DNA from: a virus
Taxonomy: Duplodnaviria > Caudoviricetes
Strand: one strand, 5' to 3'
Virus record (IMG/VR): IMGVR_UViG_3300020043_005973
Location: 1 to 28,711 of that record
Length of the DNA stretch: 28,711 bases
A program made the translations under genes and the position numbers. Numbering within the stretch: the stretch's first letter is position 1; every line of letters starts with the position of its first letter. The notes beneath the pieces are model-generated. The model had not been told where the DNA came from, made no database searches, and was given only the letters and a program-made list of their open reading frames with translations. Positions 23,258-28,711 of this stretch are shown here, in pieces.

Positions 23258-26200
23258 TTATATGGTACAAACGAAATTACAATTCTTGCTTGCTCCAACT
23301 GTTGTTAATATTAATCCTGGTCCTGATGGCGCTGAACCTGTAATTTGGTAAACATAACCACTTGGGTATAATTCAGAATAGAAAGTTCCAACATTTACAG
23401 ATGATCCTGTCGGGAATGCTACAACAACATTAGAAGCAACATAAGAACAACCAGGGTAATTACATGTATACTCATCAGCATAATACAAATCGAAACTCGT
23501 TGGAGTAGAACTCGGGGTTGGTGTTGAAGTCGGTGTAGCCAATATTGTTGTTGAGGTGGGGGTTGGAGACAAACCAGGAGTGGGAGTTTGCGTCGGAGTT
23601 CTCGTGGGAGTTGGAGTGACACAACTGTCAGCACATAATTGTCCCCTAACAATTGGACCATCACCACTTACTGTTCCTTCATTAGCACCAATACAAGGAA
23701 TTGTATAGAACTCACCTTGACTAACAAATGCATCTGAAACAACTCCATCACAATCTCTCCATACTAATAGACCTGAACTATTTGCTGGTCCAAATGTATA
23801 TTCATAACATTTAATACAAGAACAAGCCGCACATGTAGCGTGACTACTAACCTCTGTGTAATCTGTTTCAATTGTAAAGTATGGTGTGATTCCTGAAACA
23901 CAATATTCTGTAAATGAGATCGGACTATAAACTTTATGAACTAATCCTAATGTTTCAAGAGATGAGTTTGTTGAGTTAAAATATATTTCTGTTGAAGTGT
24001 TACAAACAACTCCTCTATAAACGAAATACCTGTCATCACCTGGCTCTTCTTGTATAAGATCCATTGATGTTCTTGCACTACATCCACAATCACTGAAAAC
24101 ATTTACAAGATTGTTTGTATAAGCAGATCCAATGAAGTATTGATTGTAAGTATAACCTGAATTATAACCTCCAATCTGAACATTGTAACAACCCAATGAA
24201 TTATTGTCTGTGTCATAAAGACTTACATAATTATTTGCGTAAGCGTAAAGATGGTAGTTAAGATCTGAATTGGAATGTAGTTCTGCACCACCAGCACAAG
24301 GTATTAGATCATAGTAGAGAACTCTATGACCAGGGTATTCCTTTGTTAATTTAATTAATTCAACATCACATATACTTGGTTCTGTAATGTTATAGTTAGT
24401 GATCTTATTGATTCTAAAATAAGTATTGTTGATTAGAATTTTTTCGTTCCATCTCAATTGTTGAATCTCTTGTGGGTATAAATAAATCTTACATGCGTAG
24501 ATCTTATTTTCTGCACTGATTAAATCATCAACATAAGGTTTGTAATAGATGTCATATAGATCTTCTGATTGGAATACAAATTCTGATGGTGTAATGTCAG
24601 TTCTGTCTTCCCCTCTAAAATTACAATAGTGGGAGAATCCTGTATAGGCAAATGGGTATGTTGTAAATCTGTTTAGATTGTTAAATCTGTCTTGTTGTAG
24701 TCCATCCATATACCAGTATTGGAATGGTGATCCAAAGAATGTTCCACCACAAGTTGTACCTGTTGATGTAACAGAAAATACAGGGTATGGAAATAATACA
24801 TAAGGTGCTCTCAATGATGTTGGATCTCCACAACTATTCACTGTATTAGATCCTACTGATGCATTAAAGTTTTGTTGTATTCCATCACAATCGTCATAAT
24901 AAAATGTTGCAGCAGTATTGGTTGTAAATGTCCAACCTGAACTACAAATAGTTGTCCCTGTTTCTCCACTTATTCCAAGAAATCCGTAGTTGTCAACTGG
25001 TAATGTTGGTCCTCTGAATATTAATTTGGGTAATACCTTGAAGGGAACGAATGTTTGTTCTGATTGACCATCCTTGTCGACTGTTTTAAGTTTCGACATG
25101 GATCCCAATGTTAATAAGGGAACATATGCGTTCTGTATTGTTATGTCGATCGGTGATGAGAATTGGTAATCGAATTTTGTGATCGTGTCTTTATACTCCA
25201 AACCTAATTTGAATTTGTCTGTCCCAAATGTTCTGTTGGTTTGTGTTTTAAAGTCTTGGTTTGCATAATCCTGATCGGTACGGAATTCGTATTGTAATGT
25301 TCCGTTCAATAAAGATGTTGTTGGGTATATGGATTGTAGTTGAGAGAAATCAACTTTTGTTGTCCAATCTAATACAGGTCCCTTTCCAATATAATCAACG
25401 ATCGGTTCAACAATCAATGATTTTGGTTTGTCGGGATTGGGAACAATAACAAGGTTAAAATACTTGTTGATCGATGTAATGAAATCAAGTTGAGAATAAT
25501 CATTGTTAGGGAATTCAAGAGCATAATCAACTGTTGACCCCGATGGAATAATTCTTGGACCACTTAATATTTCCGCACTAAAATTTGTTATATTAACATA
25601 CTCACCTGCAAAAATAAATGACACATTGGATTCCCCTGTGAATATAAAGGCTTGTGTTACATCAACGGTTGTTGTTCCTGAACAATAATTTGATGCTAAT
25701 AATGGTACTGTTGAAACACCATCATCAAAATACAAATACAAATAAGGTGGAACTGTAAAGAAGTTGTCACAAGTATTTGTCGGAGTTACTGTGAATTGTA
25801 ATCTCCATGTATAAGTTCCTTCGAACTCTGGTATTGTTCTTATGGTTGTTGAGTTTGCAGAAAATCCAAGTGAGTTACAAGTAACACCTGTTGAGGGGTT
25901 TGTGTATACACCAGTGAAGGTTGGTCCAATAAAATCATTTATGTATTTGTAACAAGGGATGATTGCGTTTCTTGGGTATATGGTTTCATCCAAATATTTC
26001 ATTGGCATAAAGAAGTGTTCAAAATAACTTGTGTTGAAAAAGTCAGATTGAATTTCATAACCAGCATCACGACAAATTGCTTCGTATAATGCTTTAACCT
26101 GAATGGTTGGCTTAAAGTAATAGTTGTTTACAGGAGTGTTTACATTGTCAAAAAATCCTGGTTGTGGATTATAACTTATTGTTCCACCTGAATTGACTGT

Positions 26201-26797
26201 TGGTGTGAATTGAACCAGTGGTGAGACTGCTGCGTTTACTGTTGTCCCTGTTAAATACTCATAACCAATATTGTATAATCCCCATAATGTTGATCCTGAT
26301 TGGTAAGAATAATTTGTTGATCCTGTTAGGTTAAACAAGTTGGGATCGATCTGTGATTCAAGTATAACATTCTGTGTGAATGGATGTGTTAAACCAGAAA
26401 GATCTGTGTTGAATAAAAACTTGTCACCAATGTTTGCTGCAAGGTCCCCAATTTGATTATAAAATGTTGTTTGGTATATGATCTCATCATTAGCAATAGA
26501 CACCCCATTTAGTCTTATATGACCTTGTAATATTTCATAACCATCCCAAAGTAATACTGCATCGAATTTATTGTTCGGATCGAAGTCTAATGGTATTGAG
26601 TTTAGATCATAGAAGAAGTTGAATATTTCATTGTTTCTCTGTGAACCAGGAACAGAGAATGCTTTCGAGAATGCTGAATTCTTTTTTGTGATGTCTTGTA
26701 GTTCTGCGAATGACAGAGACAACAATACAGGTTCATCTTTGTAGAGATCAAGGAATTTATAAACACCAGAAACTTCTGTTCTAATCTGTAACGCCAT
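23258..26797 (-). CDS. Large tail tip/baseplate hub-like protein with Cys-rich and TP-repeat extensions
   Basis: LDLYKDEP..LS...QDI.K.NS.FSK.F.VPG...NN.IF start, QLDFI.SI.K.FNL and I.INN.YFRINKI..Y...CDVELIK, typical of Bacteroidota siphophage tail proteins. Confidence 0.75.
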   Translation of the reverse strand: MALQIRTEVSGVYKFLDLYKDEPVLLSLSFAELQDITKKNSAFSKAFSVPGSQRNNEIFNFFYDLNSIPLDFDPNNKFDAVLLWDGYEILQGHIRLNGVSIANDEIIYQTTFYNQIGDLAANIGDKFLFNTDLSGLTHPFTQNVILESQIDPNLFNLTGSTNYSYQSGSTLWGLYNIGYEYLTGTTVNAAVSPLVQFTPTVNSGGTISYNPQPGFFDNVNTPVNNYYFKPTIQVKALYEAICRDAGYEIQSDFFNTSYFEHFFMPMKYLDETIYPRNAIIPCYKYINDFIGPTFTGVYTNPSTGVTCNSLGFSANSTTIRTIPEFEGTYTWRLQFTVTPTNTCDNFFTVPPYLYLYFDDGVSTVPLLASNYCSGTTTVDVTQAFIFTGESNVSFIFAGEYVNITNFSAEILSGPRIIPSGSTVDYALEFPNNDYSQLDFITSINKYFNLVIVPNPDKPKSLIVEPIVDYIGKGPVLDWTTKVDFSQLQSIYPTTSLLNGTLQYEFRTDQDYANQDFKTQTNRTFGTDKFKLGLEYKDTITKFDYQFSSPIDITIQNAYVPLLTLGSMSKLKTVDKDGQSEQTFVPFKVLPKLIFRGPTLPVDNYGFLGISGETGTTICSSGWTFTTNTAATFYYDDCDGIQQNFNASVGSNTVNSCGDPTSLRAPYVLFPYPVFSVTSTGTTCGGTFFGSPFQYWYMDGLQQDRFNNLNRFTTYPFAYTGFSHYCNFRGEDRTDITPSEFVFQSEDLYDIYYKPYVDDLISAENKIYACKIYLYPQEIQQLRWNEKILINNTYFRINKITNYNITEPSICDVELIKLTKEYPGHRVLYYDLIPCAGGAELHSNSDLNYHLYAYANNYVSLYDTDNNSLGCYNVQIGGYNSGYTYNQYFIGSAYTNNLVNVFSDCGCSARTSMDLIQEEPGDDRYFVYRGVVCNTSTEIYFNSTNSSLETLGLVHKVYSPISFTEYCVSGITPYFTIETDYTEVSSHATCAACSCIKCYEYTFGPANSSGLLVWRDCDGVVSDAFVSQGEFYTIPCIGANEGTVSGDGPIVRGQLCADSCVTPTPTRTPTQTPTPGLSPTPTSTTILATPTSTPTPSSTPTSFDLYYADEYTCNYPGCSYVASNVVVAFPTGSSVNVGTFYSELYPSGYVYQITGSAPSGPGLILTTVGASKNCNFVCTI

Positions 26798-26799
26798 TA

Positions 26800-28482
26800 T
26801 TAAATTGGTAATTCAAATCTTCTGTAAGGAGTTTGTTTAAGTTCAATTGTATATTGGAATATACGCTCATACTTTTGTTCAAACACTTTTACTTCTTTAT
26901 TTTGTACGACACATGGAATCAAATATGGATGAATAATTTGTTGGTTGTCTATTGGAGTCCAGTTGTCACCTATGATGTAAACATAAGGGGACAATAATAA
27001 CTCTTCAATAACAACTGCATCATTTTGATTAACAAAGTTTGAATCAACTGTAACAAGTTCATCTGCTTGACCGTAGAATACTGTCTCCAATGAATCATAT
27101 GATTGTCTATTCCAAACCTTTGTGTTTAATGTTTTATATTGTGAATATACTTTTCTTGTTGGTGCATATTTCTTTACATTCTTTTTTGTGAATGTATATG
27201 TGTCCCATACTCCATAACGATTTAGGAACATGAAATTAATTGGATCGTTGAAACATTCTTCCCCAACCATTTTATACTGAACGATTTCTGAAACACCAGA
27301 AAAGTAATTGTAATCACAAGATCCTGAACTTAAATAAACTGCAACATCAGATTGAGTATATGCATTTGGATTTTGTTTCCATACCGCATAAGCAATTCTT
27401 TGTCCCAAATATGAATAAGAACTAAATGGATTATTTGTATAACCTATGTCTGATGAAGATGAAACCTCATAGTTCATTTGGTTATTGTTATTTAATTTTT
27501 TTAAGAATGAAACTGATCCAATAACAGATGAGTTATTATAAAGTGGATTGTTTCCATAAATGAATGGAAGTAATATTGGACACTTATAATAGTGAGTTCT
27601 ATAACGAGTTTGAAATACAGATCCGCCAGAGATTGTCATTGGGATTGTTTCGTTTCCAAATGTTGCCATGAATTGACCCTTAACATTGTAAGGATTGAAT
27701 CCCTGATCCATTGCGAAGTCAAATATTTTGTAGTTCCAATAGTTATATTTCCCTGACAAGTTTGACGGATCGTAGTAATAGTCAAAGTTTGGATTGTTGT
27801 CAGCATAACCATACCTCTTGTTGTCCTGAACACCAGGCCAAATCATAATACCATAAGGTTGTGTTGATGCTGAATATGGGGAAATAACTCCTGTTATTTC
27901 ATTGTATGATGTGTATGCTGTAAAGTCTGTTGGTATGATTACCTGTGTTGTCCCACCAGAAGTGAATTGGACCCCGAAAATCAGTCTATATTCGTTGACA
28001 TGGTATATGTTCTCAAATCCATCATAACCCCCGTTAAACCCGTTAGAAAAGGTAATATACGATGGTCTGTCAGAAGTGATTGTTGATTGTGATGTTAAAC
28101 CTGTTGTTGAAACTGTTGATGAGGTATACGCATTAACCAAATACGGATTGTTTGTTGCCCCACTTGTTGATCCTGTATAGACCATTGTCATGTTTCTTGG
28201 GTTGGGCATTGTGAAGTTTCTAATAACAGTTTCCACATTGAATATGCAATTACCAAATTCATTGGATGGGATTAATAGTCTTCCGAACTTTCCTGAATCT
28301 TGGCTTGTACCTTTTGTGTTGTTTGGTCCCAAATCATTTCTGTATGGGTTCTTAAAAACATCAACAACTAATCTGATGTCAGTATATGCCGAAAAGTCGT
28401 TAAGAGCAACATTCCATGTGTGATCGGAGTGTGACTCTGTAACTGCAAGTGGTTTCTGTAATATGGTTAAATCTAAACTCAT
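26800..28482 (-). CDS. Tail structural protein (distal-tail-like)
   Basis: C-terminal FLNRYGVWDTYTF...EELLLSPYVY...FQYTIE; lies upstream of the tail-tip gene. Confidence 0.7.
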   Translation of the reverse strand: MSLDLTILQKPLAVTESHSDHTWNVALNDFSAYTDIRLVVDVFKNPYRNDLGPNNTKGTSQDSGKFGRLLIPSNEFGNCIFNVETVIRNFTMPNPRNMTMVYTGSTSGATNNPYLVNAYTSSTVSTTGLTSQSTITSDRPSYITFSNGFNGGYDGFENIYHVNEYRLIFGVQFTSGGTTQVIIPTDFTAYTSYNEITGVISPYSASTQPYGIMIWPGVQDNKRYGYADNNPNFDYYYDPSNLSGKYNYWNYKIFDFAMDQGFNPYNVKGQFMATFGNETIPMTISGGSVFQTRYRTHYYKCPILLPFIYGNNPLYNNSSVIGSVSFLKKLNNNNQMNYEVSSSSDIGYTNNPFSSYSYLGQRIAYAVWKQNPNAYTQSDVAVYLSSGSCDYNYFSGVSEIVQYKMVGEECFNDPINFMFLNRYGVWDTYTFTKKNVKKYAPTRKVYSQYKTLNTKVWNRQSYDSLETVFYGQADELVTVDSNFVNQNDAVVIEELLLSPYVYIIGDNWTPIDNQQIIHPYLIPCVVQNKEVKVFEQKYERIFQYTIELKQTPYRRFELPI

Positions 28483-28483
28483 T

Positions 28484-28711
28484 TTATAATTCTATTATTG
28501 ATGGGAATTCTTTCGTAATAACTTTGTCCATAAAGTTTTCAACATCTTGACCAATCGCTTCATATAATGACTCGTATTCGTCTCTAAATTCTGCTGGAGG
28601 GTTTTCCAATAAGTCTTCAAATGAATCATATGCTTTGTCATAAATATTAGAAGGAGCGATGCCATACTTGTATATGTTGGTCTGTATTGCGAAAGCCAAT
28701 GAAAGATTTGG
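28484..28711 (-). CDS. 3' part of a putative tail-completion/neck protein (HK97 gp10-like); 5' end outside the window
   Basis: Frame is open to the window edge; SLAFAIQTNIYKYGIAPS resembles the gp10-like 'AF.I...I...GI.P' motif. Confidence 0.5.
   Translation of the reverse strand, partial: PNLSLAFAIQTNIYKYGIAPSNIYDKAYDSFEDLLENPPAEFRDEYESLYEAIGQDVENFMDKVITKEFPSIIEL

Noticed and set aside
21727-26797. Diversity-generating retroelement targeting tail proteins
   Set aside because: No reverse transcriptase, and no template/variable repeat pair with adenine-specific mismatches was seen by eye.
60-28423. Numerous plus-strand ORFs (e.g. 528..800, 11641..12018, 13922..14257, 19403..19714)
   Set aside because: Antisense shadows of strong minus-strand genes, with no motifs or expression signals.
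1-28711. Stop-codon reassignment, tRNA genes, integrase or att site
   Set aside because: Long genes are intact under the standard code and TAA, TGA and TAG all end ORFs; no cloverleaf or recombinase motif was recognised.

Overview
An AT-rich segment of a tailed (siphovirus-like) phage genome, almost entirely coded on the minus strand. The host is probably Bacteroidota: repeated TAnnTTTG promoters, A-rich leaders without Shine-Dalgarno sequences, and a lipoprotein with a Bacteroidota-style signal peptide. In transcription order (right to left): tail proteins, tape measure, a mosaic XkdF-type prohead protease, scaffold, major capsid protein, tail tube, a neck protein fused to adhesin domains, portal, adaptor and a holin-like gene. 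Next come small early/accessory genes with their own promoters, a sigma-like factor, TerS, an N6/N4 DNA methyltransferase, TerL and a tail assembly chaperone. Main findings: (1) a compact 265-nt ORF-less group I intron (15712..15448) splits the major capsid gene, with P1/P10 pairings and all core motifs readable; (2) a candidate promoter- and terminator-bounded small RNA (~9376..9266) has a loop complementary to the translation-initiation regions of the phage's own early genes; (3) a predicted -1 frameshift in the chaperone gene creates a long dual-coding region; (4) a G7-AAA-G7 structured intergenic element; (5) Thr/Pro-repeat stalks carry adhesin-like and Cys-rich modules on several virion proteins. 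Product calls come from motif recognition only; no database searches were run.
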